64,000 bases of DNA from Paraspadella gotoi (Eukaryota; Animalia; Chaetognatha): the NCBI GenBank assembly GCA_051294375.1, contig CM119270.1, positions 1,021,238 through 1,085,237 of the forward strand, given 5' to 3'. Below are positions 49,940 through 60,536 of the stretch, one piece after another (the first letter of the stretch is position 1; each line of letters begins with the position of its first letter). Below the pieces are notes generated by a model that was not told the origin of the DNA, made no database searches, and saw nothing but the letters and a program-made list of their open reading frames with translations. The translations under genes were made by a program, and so were the position numbers.

Positions 49940-51290
49940 ATGCCTTCGTCGACGCTTCCCGCGTCGCTGAAATCATTGCAGCACTACTTGAAGATCGCGT
50001 CGGAGCACGAGAAACGGAACCCCGTTGTCTCTTATTATGCCCGGATGTATGTCGCGCAACAGGGAATCAAGATCGACGGGAAATCGCCCGAGGTGAGCTC
50101 GACAATCGAGATGAAGATAACGTGGTTGAAAACCTTGGTTTAAGAAACCTTTCCCGGTTATATCACTAATATCAGGGTATTTACATCCATTACTCGCATT
50201 ATCAAAATATTTACATACTTTCTCTATCCCCGATCTTTTTTGTCTCTTTCTCCTCATATCATCTACCCTCCTCCTTTCCTCCCTCTCTTTCCTCCCCAGT
50301 CTAAAGCCTTCCTCTTCTCCCTGATGGACGAGTTGGAGGCGTCGAAGAAGCTCCACGCCTCCGCCAACGACGCCTTCAAGAGCGACGTCGTCGCCCAGGC
50401 CGTTCTCGAGGAATATTGCCTCAAACTCTTCGACTACGCCGACGCCGAAGACCGGGCCGAAAGATTCGGCAAATCTCTCATCAAAGTAAAAATAAGAAAA
50501 AATAAAAATCGTTTGAACCACGTATTTTCCGAAATCCAATGAGAAACGAATAAAAGAAGATGAGGAGGAGCAAGAGGAGGAGAAAAGTGTGATGGTTCAG
50601 GTCTCATATGACATAGCCTATGTCACAGGATTGAAAAGTGAAAGAAGAAAAGAAGCTCATCCATTAATTAGAGTAAGTAACTAGATTTTCTCACCCTTTT
50701 TTCATCCGCAGGCCTTCTACACTGCGGGAATGCTGATGGACGTCCTCTCACAATTCGGCGACCAATCGGAGGAAATCAAACACAAATGCAAATATTCCAA
50801 GTGGAAAGCCGCCCACATCAACGTCTGCCTGCGGAACGGAGAAAAACCTCACCCTGGACCCATTGGCGGGGATGAGGAGGAAGGGGCGGAGGAACAGAGC
50901 GGCGCCGTCGGGGGTCTTCCCGATCCTCCCTCGACGTTCAACGCCGCTTATCAACCTCAAAATCCCGCGTATCCGGATCCCAACGCATCTCAGTCGAATC
51001 CCGCCGCCGTCGGTTTCGGCGCATGGACCGATCCGCGCTACGTTTCTCCTTCGGCTCCGGCTGCCGCGCCGGCCGCCGCTCCCGTCGCGGCGCCGCGGTC
51101 GATCCCCGCCGCCGCGACGGCGCCGTCTCCTTCCGTACCCAGCGGCGGCGTCGTTTTAACGCCGGAACATTTTCAACGGGGACAAAAGTTGATCAAATTC
51201 GCTTCGTCGGCGCTGAATTACGAGGACACGCCCACCGCGATTGACAATTTGGAGAAGGCTTTGAGACTCTTGAAGACGGGGAGAGAGTGA
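49940..51290 (+). CDS. VTA1: Vacuolar protein sorting-associated VTA1 (LIP5), 3 exons (49940-50092, 50300-50486, 50712-51290)
   Basis: MIT-region NPVVSYYARMY, KLFDYADAEDRA and KYSKWKAAHI..CLRNGEKP, plus C-terminal VSL KFASSALNYED..TAIDNLEKAL. Confidence 0.94.
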
Positions 51291-51696
51291 AGGGGGCGGG
51301 ATTGAGGTGCGTGAGGTGGGATGGCATGGTTGTCATGGAATGAAAGGGGAATGAATAATTGAACGGGACAATTTAATGTCCAAGTTGGAAGGAATACAAC
51401 GGCTTCATCGATCAACTTGAATAGGATGGTCGTTGTGTTTATAAAGTTTGTGAGATTTTTGTTACGTTGTATTACGATCAAGTCAGGATAATACGTACTA
51501 TTTTAAACTGTGATTTGCATATTTATATTTGTATTTAGCTTATTGCTTTGGGTAAAAAATTTAATAAAGCTTTTCTAATCGTCTAGAAAATGGTTTAATT
51601 AATGGAATGGACTTTAACGTTATTCATGTATGAGGATCAGTTGGGGGGGGGGGGAAACGACCAAGCGGTCGGCCCGCGATTTGTTATCAGTGAAAA

Positions 51697-51966
51697 ATGC
51701 CAAAGCGAAAAAAGGAGTCTCAAGCCCCATGCAGCATCATTGGTCCGGGCAAGCCTTTGCCTACTTCTGATCTGCCAACTTTGAGAGATGTTTTGGCCTA
51801 TATTTTTTGGCTCAAGGTAGGACTGATATTTTTAATTCATTTGTATTAATGCATTACTATAATTTAATTCTAAAAAAATTGTCACAGTTGAAAGGCCGGA
51901 TAATAACCCATTCTCTTTTCGAAGAAGTAGCCAAAGACATCATAGCCATTTAATCCCGAGCGAGCC
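51697..51966 (+). pseudogene. Spliced 61-aa ORF resembling the N-terminus of a DNA-transposon protein (exons 51697-51816, 51888-51953)
   Basis: MPKRKKESQAPCSIIGPGKPLPTSDLPTLRDVLAYIFWLK / LKGRIITHSLFEEVAKDIIAI*SRASP, joined by an in-frame GT-AG intron. The LPT.RDVL...EV....W..A.P pattern is recalled from transposase-like proteins and has not been verified. Confidence 0.4.
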
Positions 51967-52537
51967 CGTCTTTCTCTCTCTCTCCTCAAAACTCTCGCGT
52001 GGACATCGACGCCGCCCGAAGCCACAAGCGACGAGGATGCGCGCGGTTGTTGGGGGCGTTGCCAAGGAGACGGGTTGGGCGATGACGACGACAAGTCGGG
52101 AAGCTGTGATTGTGAAACGAGAGACTCTGGACAATGGAAACTCTGATCGAGAGAGGGAGTCGGTTAGAAAAGCAATTGGCTCGGCAACGATAGAGAGAGT
52201 GTTTTTGAAATAGAGATGAGATCGACGACGGAAAACTGTAATGTAAAGATAGAGACAGAGACGAAGTCGTTGAATGAGTTGATGAAGGTGGAGGTGAAGT
52301 TCGAGAATCAACGAGAATCCTTGGATTGTGATACATTTGTTATTCATTGTTTCAATTTCACAAATTTTGCATTATTCGTATTTTTTTGTTATTGAATTGA
52401 ATTACTTGTTTTTCTATTTAAAAAAAGTATCTTTTTACAATCGTCGTTGATTATTTCTTGCCTCGATTCAAATCTCTTTCCGTCCATTTTTCGCAGCCAA
52501 ACTGATTAAAAACTTTCTCTCTCTCTGCCCTCTCTCG

Positions 52538-54137
52538 ATGCTTTCTAACTCTAAACGACCTTCGGCCACGATGGAGGGCGACTGGCCGTGTCCCGACCCC
52601 GCTTGCGGCAACATCAACTTCGCCCGTCGCTCTCAGTGCAACAAATGCGGAACGGAGAAGGAGAAGGGGGCAAAGCTGAAGAAGCAGGGCATCGAGATAG
52701 GGAAGGCAATGGCGGAGAAGAGCAAGGTAAGTAGTGGAACGGAGAAGGAGAAGGGGGCAAAGCTGAAGAAGCAGGGCATCGAGATAGGGAAGGCAATGGC
52801 GGAGAAGAGCAAGGTAAGTGGCGGGAACCAACTTGCGTAGAAATGCGGATATGCTGGAGACGAATATGCTGCATGTACCAACTACAAACCGATACATTTT
52901 TTGTGTAAACTGCGGATAAACTGTTGTAGCGAAGTAACTTGTGCTTCATTTTAAGTGGATCAATAATAATCAATCAATTAATACGCCTATCAACCCTTAA
53001 AAGGGCGGTTCAGTGGCGAGGATGAGTATTGAGTAAGCAATCGAATGCAGGAAGCGGAATGTCAAACTTCATCATTCTGCAATTCCCCCTCCCTTTTCTC
53101 AAAAGGGCCTTTTCTCCGCGGACGATTGGCAGTGCAAGAATTGCGGCAACGTGAACTGGGCCCGACGCGCCACCTGCAATATGTGCAACGCGCCCAAAAT
53201 CGGAGTCGTCGAAGAAAGAACCGGATACGGAGGCGGTTTCATGGAACGAGACGAGAACCCAGAGTACCGGTCTGGATTTTCGCCATTGTCGGGGGACAGA
53301 CTAGTTCCGGTTTTTGTTGACGCCGTTTCTAGTTTTCCCGTATTTTCCGTCGCGAGAGGAGAGAAGGGGATTTTTATTTTTTATTTTGGGGGGCGTTGAC
53401 TTCTTTGTCTATTTTTCCTACAATAACGTTTTAATCATTAATGATTATTTTTTCTGACTGTGAAAAAAAATGGCAGCGAGTATAATATATCGCTGGGTTT
53501 TTTTGGTTTTTTTTTTAAATTGGGGGGGACAATTTAAAAAAGGTAAAAAGGTAAAACAACAAAGGTACGATTTGTAAAAAAAAAAGACAAAATATATAAT
53601 TAATAAATAATTATTAATTAATCAATAAATAGTCCGTTGTTTGACCTTATCGCTTCGTTTCTCAGGAGACGCGACGACAGCGACGACGAATTCGACGAAT
53701 TCGGGCGACGAAAACGAAGGAAAGGCGACGCCGCCGCATCAGCCGGCGCCGCGGAAGCCTCAGACGACGACGCCGCAACCCGCCGCGATCGAGATCAGCC
53801 GAAAAAGGAGGACGATGACGAAGAAGACGACGACGACGACGGCGACGTGAACAAATACAAACTCGATTCGGACGACGACGACGACGACGACGACGGTGAT
53901 TTGTCGAAATACGCGTTGGAAAGCGACGACAACGACGACGATGCCGCCGCTAAACCGGCGGCCAAAGATAAGAAAGACGATGACGCTAAACCAAAGGAGA
54001 GTTCGCCCCGTGGGAGAGGCGATCGACGTTCCCGCTCGCCGCGTGGGAGGAGCGATCGTCGTTCCCGTTCGCCTCATGGGAAAGGCGATCGTCGTTCCCG
54101 TTCGCCTCACGGGAGAAGAGACAGGAAAGACTCATGA
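52538..54137 (+). CDS. ZRANB2: Zinc finger Ran-binding domain protein 2, 3 exons (52538-52726, 53106-53269, 53666-54137)
   Basis: Two RanBP2 fingers ([24 protein letters not shown]; [23 protein letters not shown]), [37 protein letters not shown], and an RS-rich tail. Confidence 0.95.
52649..52819 (+). repeat. 87-bp tandem duplication of the ZRANB2 exon 1 end plus donor
   Basis: ggaacggagaaggag...gagcaaggtaagt occurs twice. Confidence 0.9.
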
Positions 54138-55129
54138 TGTGTTTAGCTTTTTTTTCTTCTTCTTCCACTCATAGTGCAGTCGAATTCAAGTTTAGATGAA
54201 ATTCAATTATATATAAACTAAATACGACAAATACGACAAAATGTAGATTTAAGTCTCGCTGGAATTATACAAATAAGAAAAAATGAAATTTATAAATTTC
54301 TCTGAAGTTTGCAGAATAACGACATTCCGGGCTAAATTGCAGGAAACGTTTCAAAAAAGGACAGGTGTAGAATATTTAAAAGATAACAATTTTGACCCCG
54401 AAAAATAATTGTAAATCGCAGTCACTGGTTTCCTTTTGTATCGTTTCCCAAGTTGAACTCGGGACTTGCGGTGATAACTCTTACATTAAAAAGTCTTCAA
54501 ATAAATAGTTTTGTGAAATAGTAAATTGATTTTGTGTCATATCGTGCACCAGTTGGTTTTGTTAGAATCTTATCATAAATATGAATTTATAAGTAATAAT
54601 TCGTTTCTAACATTTATTAGGTATACATGTATACATCAAAAAACCTAAGATTTAAACCAGTTACTTTTCGTTTTTTTCATTGTTTCATCCTTTTTAACAC
54701 ATTGAATTTGTTAAAAAAAATATTTCGTGTTTTAATTTTAAGACATTGAAATATTTTGAAGAGTTTGGCGGTTGAAGTTTTTCAAAGAACCATCTCCTGA
54801 CACGACTCGTCAAAAATGAGACCGACGACTTGAAACTAAACAGTTTCTTCGTTACCAGATATGGCCCTTCGAATAATATGTACCTCAGAGTGAGTCAAAA
54901 CAAACCTTCCTCTCTTTTCATAGGTACAAAGTTTATAAAGTTTAATTAAATTGATGCGAAATAAACGTTTAACTTTTCCTTGTTAAAGCCATTCCTTCGC
55001 GTCGTAACTTGTTTTACTATTTTTTAAAAAAATTTAAAGACTCAACATTAAAAATTATTTGTAAATTTTAAATATTAAACGATTAATCAATATCTAATCT
55101 CGGCTTTGTTTTGGCCCAACCTGTGCAAG

Positions 55130-58100
55130 CCCAACCTGAAAAAGATTCTGTCAACCGCTTCGTTCAAAGACTCGATATCATCCATAATAAACAACAACAA
55201 CAACGAGAACCGGTGGAGATTATTGGCGGCGATCGGTGATCTTGATCGACGCTCCTCCTCCTCCTCCTCCTTGCAACGTCTCACGCCTCAAGTCATCACC
55301 AGCATCTTGAGAAGAAATGAAGTCAGCGTGGATCGGAATCTCAGCGAATCCATCGCCAGATATGACTCCAACCAGGTCAACTTTGCTTTTTTTTTTCTTT
55401 CTTTCTTTGTGCTATGGTTTTATATTGCTTTTATTTTCCTACTCATTGTTTTTGTGATTCATCGTCTTCCATCTCTCTCCAAGTCTGTTTGTCTTCTTTG
55501 CCTAATTATTTATTTCTCTCCCTTTCCGCAAACTCAGCTTGAGTCCAACACCCCGGTGGAAGATCGAGCGACCGAGGCTCGCTGCATCTACACTACGGGG
55601 AATCTGTTCGGAGTCTTTGACGGTCACGCGGGACCCGCCTGCGCTCAGGCCGTCAGCGAGAGGATCTTCCAGTACATCGGCCTCTCGCTTCTCCCCGACG
55701 ATGTGTTGGAAGACCTCGTCGACGAGAAGAACCCTCGTCCTCGGGTCGTCGAATGGCTCTCCGGGCCGGACGACAAGCACGCCAGATATTTCCAGGTCTC
55801 TCTTTCTTTCTCTCTTACTTTCTCGCTATCGCGCAACCGCAACGTCCTTGCAATGTCCCTATGTTTTTTTCTTGCAGGACATTCTGGCGCGAACCTACGC
55901 CAAAAGTCTCGTGAAGTTCGCGGAAGATCTGGTCCACTTGCGGGATGAGCGGAAGCCTTTTCGGATGGAGGACGCCCTTGTCAAAGCCTTCCTTCGACTC
56001 GATGAGGATTTGTCGCGAGAAGCCCTCTCCGCCGTTGACGAAGGTAAAATTGGTTGAATTATATGGGCTTTTAACTCATTTGCATCTTTAAAGTAAATGT
56101 TTTCGTTTGAATTTATTATGCGAGAAAAAAAAATTTCTTGCTATAACTGAAACGAAAAGTAATTTCATCGTCTCTTAATTGACCTTCCGAATACTGGGTA
56201 TCCATTTATGTACTGGATAAACAATGGTCGACAATCTTTACTCTGAAAAATAACGTTATTGAATGTTAACTAAAAATATAATTAATAATGTGGCGGTATA
56301 TTCACACTGCCTCACATCCACCAGCGTTCAACCATTGGCTCAGAGGGGGAACGCACGATCCATCCACAGTCCTCACGACTTCCCTCTACGTTGGCAAAGC
56401 GAGACCGTCCTAGGGTAACCTCGCCAGTGACAGGAGGCGTCACTGAGGATTGGAAGCCCCCAAAGCCAACAGTGAGCTGCCCCATCCCAATGGGCATCAC
56501 AGGCAACCCGGCTGTTGCCATAAGTTGTGGGCCCTACTATCGAACATGCAACCTTCTCAGGGTATGCTACGACAAACGCCTAAGCCCCTGGGGTACGCTG
56601 CGATAAACAACTATGCCCCCACTACTCGCGCTCGCTCTCCCTCCCACTATGGTAGACATCTTGTCAGACACTTCTCAGACCTGGAGAACCTAAGTGATGT
56701 CTTGGCCCTGGGTTCCAGGATCCTGTGGCGGTATATTCACACTGCCTCACATCCACCATCGTTCAGCCAATCCCATTGGCTCAGAGGGGGGAATGCACCA
56801 TCCCAGGCGTTGCGTTCTATCCACAGTCTTAACAACTTCCCTTTGCGTTGGCAAAGCGAGACCGTCCTAGGGTAACCGCGCCAATGGCAGGATTCGTCAC
56901 TGAGGGTCGGAAGCCCCCAAAGTCAACAGCGAGATGCCCCATCTCAATGGGCATCACAGGCAACAATATTAATCACGTAGACGTTTCTCCAATCTGACTC
57001 TGCAGTAATTCGCAATATTCCCGACAACATTTACTTCCACTTGCAAACTTGTTTTTGTTCATTCCCTCGTTAACTTTTATATTTGTCTTAATATTCATAT
57101 TATATTCATATTTTCATCTGATTTAAGGTGTGGATTTTAGCGACGACGCCCTGTCCAACGCTTTCTCCGGCGCCGTCGCTACTGTGGTTCACGTCGACGG
57201 AATTCACGTTCACGTCGCTTTTTGTGGCGACGTCCAGGTGAACGAACGTCTCGTGATTCCATCGCCTGAGATTTCACTCGCCTCATGTGTCTCTGTCTCA
57301 TGTGTCTCAATTCCTGTCTCGCCAAGGCGGTCCTCGGCAGCCTCGAGGACGATGGGATGACGTGGACGGCCAGGCCTCTCACTTACCTTCACAACTGTCA
57401 CAATCACAGCGAGATGGAACGTCTGATGGCCGAACATCCGGGCGAAGAGGTGAGGAGCAAACATACGGGGGGGGGTGAATGAATGAAAGAACATTTAAAA
57501 AAAACACTGAATCAAACTTTCTTATCAATCGCGTCGTTCACTTTCGTTCTTTGGCAGAATCGTAAATACATTGTTTTTGGAGATTTTCCACCTGTACCTT
57601 TTTTAATTTTTTTTGCCTCTTTTTCATTTAAATGAAATTTTAAAATCGGTCTCACTTGAATTCAGTTGAATCTCGTGAAGAACGAGCGACTCTTGGGTCA
57701 ACTCATCCCCTTTCGCTCCTTTGGCGATGTCAAGTTCAAGTGGCCGGCGGCCGAGATCTCCCGCCGCCTCGATCCGCTCGTTGGCTACAACGTCGTTCCT
57801 CAGGTGAGATTAGGTTGGGTCAGATCAAGTGGCCGGTGGCAGGGATCTCCCGCCGCCTCGATCCACTCGTTGGCTACAACGTAGTTCCTCAGGTGAGATT
57901 AGGTTGGGTCAGATCAAGTTGCCGGGGGCAGAGATCTCCCGCCGTCTCGATCCGCTCATCGGTGACAACGTCGTTCCTCAGGTGAGATTAGGGTAGGTCA
58001 GATTAAGTAGCTTCTACTTCTCCATGGCGTCTCTGGGTTAAAAACTTTTTTTTTCCGCATAGAATTACTTGACGCCACCTTACCTCTCCGCGGAGCCCGA

Positions 58101-59010
58101 AGTGTATTACACTCGCCTCACTCCCAAAGATAGATTCCTCGTCATCGCCAGCGACGGGTTGTGGGACATGATGACGCCGTCGCAGGTGAAAATGATGATG
58201 ATGATGATGATGATAGTGCAGGTTTCAATGATGGAAGGTCGTCGTCCGATTCTTTCCCTTTTAGATTTACTATTCCCACAATTCCGCACATCCAGGTGGT
58301 GAACGTCCTTGGCAGCTGGAAACGCGGGATCCAATCGTTGAAGCCTTTCACTCTCCCCAAGACGGCGAAGATCAAAGACGTGCACCGACGACTCAAGGCC
58401 AGAGTCGATGGACGTAAAGAGGAAATTATGGACAACAACGCAGCCACGCATCTCATCCGCCACGCCCTCGGTTAGTCACTATCATCTCCTATTTTCCTCT
58501 TTCTTTTTCTATCTTTCTATTTTATCTTTTCTTCTCTTTATATTTCTATCTCTTCCTATTTTTCTTTTTATTAATACCAAATTGCAAAATAGTATTAACA
58601 AAATCAGAAACAGAATGTTATTATTATATTATTTTTAAACATCTATAAGAATTCTCAAAAAAATCCTGAATTCACCGTCATAAAACCCACATAGATTCAT
58701 AGAGGCCTTTAACCCATTGTCTTGAGGCAGGATGCAAGATAGCTCCTATATAGAATTAATAGATAATTCTTATAGCGGTATTGTCAATGGCAATTATTTC
58801 TATTCGATCTAAAAGTGTGAGTAAGAATTTACTACAATATGCAAATGAGATTGAGAAACCCTCCTAGGCGGCACCGAATCGGGCATCGATCATCGTCGCC
58901 TCTCCGCGATGTTGGCCTTGAACCAAGAAGTCTCTCGCATGTATCGCGACGACATTACGATATCCGTGTTGCACTTCAATCTTAACTATCTACGAAATCA
59001 TCCCGCTTGA
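55130..59010 (+). CDS. PDP1: Pyruvate dehydrogenase phosphatase catalytic subunit (PP2C family). The 5' end is unresolved; a candidate ATG exon lies at 54861-54889.
   Basis: RYDSNQ/LESNTPVEDR, LFGVFDGHAGPACAQAVSER, AFSGAVATVVHV, RLLGQLIPFRSFGDVKFKW, TPPYLSAEPEV, FLVIASDGLWD, NAATHLIRHALG and RMYRDDITI. Confidence 0.93.
56289..56966 (+). repeat. Two ~220-240 bp direct repeats (56289-56507, 56724-56966) separated by ~215 bp of unique GC-moderate sequence, in a PDP intron
   Basis: Both begin tgtggcggtatattcacactgcctcacatccacca and end atgggcatcacaggcaac. The overall ends are TG...CA. Confidence 0.85.
57736..58007 (+). repeat. Three ~89-bp tandem copies of a PDP exon end plus donor
   Basis: tcaagtggccgg...gttcctcag|gtgagattagg..ggtcaga occurs three times with progressive substitutions. 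Confidence 0.92.
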
Positions 59011-59331
59011 TTTTCTTTTGGAAAAAGCCTACAAAGCAATAAAGCAAAATTTTTATTATTATTATTAATAAAAAATTTAAAAAACCTGCTCGCTTTTTTT
59101 TAAAAAAAAACTGCCACATTTTTTTATAATTGGCGCGTGTTATTTTTTGTTTTTTAAACGGAACCGCGTTTGGCGAAATTGATTTTTATTATTCACCGTT
59201 TTTTTTTTTTTGTTTTTTTTTTTTTAACCAAGTCAGAGGATAACATTGTGTGAAAGAAACTTAGTAATCGTCCGAAATCCGTCTCTCTCTCTTTCCGTCC
59301 TTGACGACTCTGTCTCTGTCTCTCTCTCGCG

Positions 59332-60272
59332 ATGGCGGCCTTTTCCCGGGGCTTCTTCTCGACCATCATCTCCTCCCTCCCATCCCCTTTCCCCTTCGCT
59401 CCGTCCCCGTCGACGCGGCGCGTCCTGCGGCGTCTGACTGCTCCGCTGCTGCTGGCGGCGCTGGCCTTTGATCTCTGCCGCGGCGTTTCAGTCGACGAGT
59501 ATCTCTTCTTCGAGATTCTCTCTCCGCGAGAGATTTCTTATTCTTTCAAGATTCGCGCCGCCAAAGACTTTGGGACGCCGCTCAATTTCAGTCTGGGGAG
59601 GGTGAGGCTCGTACCGACTGACCCACCCGACGCCTGCGCGACCGTCGTTAACGCCGAGGACGTCGAGGGTGAGTTGAGGTCGGAGAATCGGGGTAAGGTC
59701 GTTCGCGCAAGGAAGAGGGAGGGAGCCTTGTCAACGAGTCTTATGAAAGAGTCAGTTTAACTACGTAATTCACTAATTTATGACGTTTTTATCAATTTAA
59801 GTAGAAATTCCTGAATAAAATAATTGTAATAATTACATATTTCATCAATGAAATGAGGCTTTTCCTCGTCTCTAAGGTAACGTGGCGTTCGTGGAGCGAG
59901 GAGGTTGCTCCTTCTTGTCGAAAACGATTCAATCGGAGCGGGCGGGATCTCGAGCCGTCATCGTCTACGACAACGTCAGAGGTGAGAAAGAGAAAGAAAC
60001 AACAACAATATAAAAACAACCATCCGTCGAGTCGTTGAAAATGTTGATGCCATTTCCTGCCAGAAAACGACAACTCCTACATCGACATGGTGCAAGACGA
60101 AACGACGCGGGAAACTCGGATCCCTTCTCTCTTTCTTCTCGGCAGCGACGGGTACATAATTAAGAACAAGTTGAAGGAACTCTCTTCTCCTTACGCAGTA
60201 ATCAACATCCCCGTCAACATGAGCAACGTCTTGACTCACCAGGCGCGACTCGCTCCTTGGAACTTGTGGTGA
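59332..60272 (+). CDS. PRADC1: Protease-associated domain-containing protein 1, 3 exons (59332-59668, 59877-59981, 60064-60272)
   Basis: Signal-peptide-like start, YLFFEILSP..ISYSFKIRAAKDFG, VAFVERGGCSFLSK, YIDMVQDET, IPSLFLLGSDGY, and INIPVN...PWNLW-stop. Confidence 0.92.
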
Positions 60273-60536
60273 CACGAGACGAAAGAGTCCTTCTGCTGAT
60301 AGAATAAACGATCTTTCGTTCCTTTTTTGAGAGGAATTTGATATTAGTATTTTTTCGCTTTCGTCGACTCGTTTTTTGCGTCTCGATATTATAAAAAAAA
60401 AAAAAATAATTATTCGTTTTTTTTTAATTTAATTTCGACCGGTGTCTCTCTCTCTTTACAGATTTGTATGTAAATATTTATTTTCGGCGTCCGTGTTAGG
60501 ATTTTTTTTTCTTACGCGTTTCGTAAGGAGAAGAAA

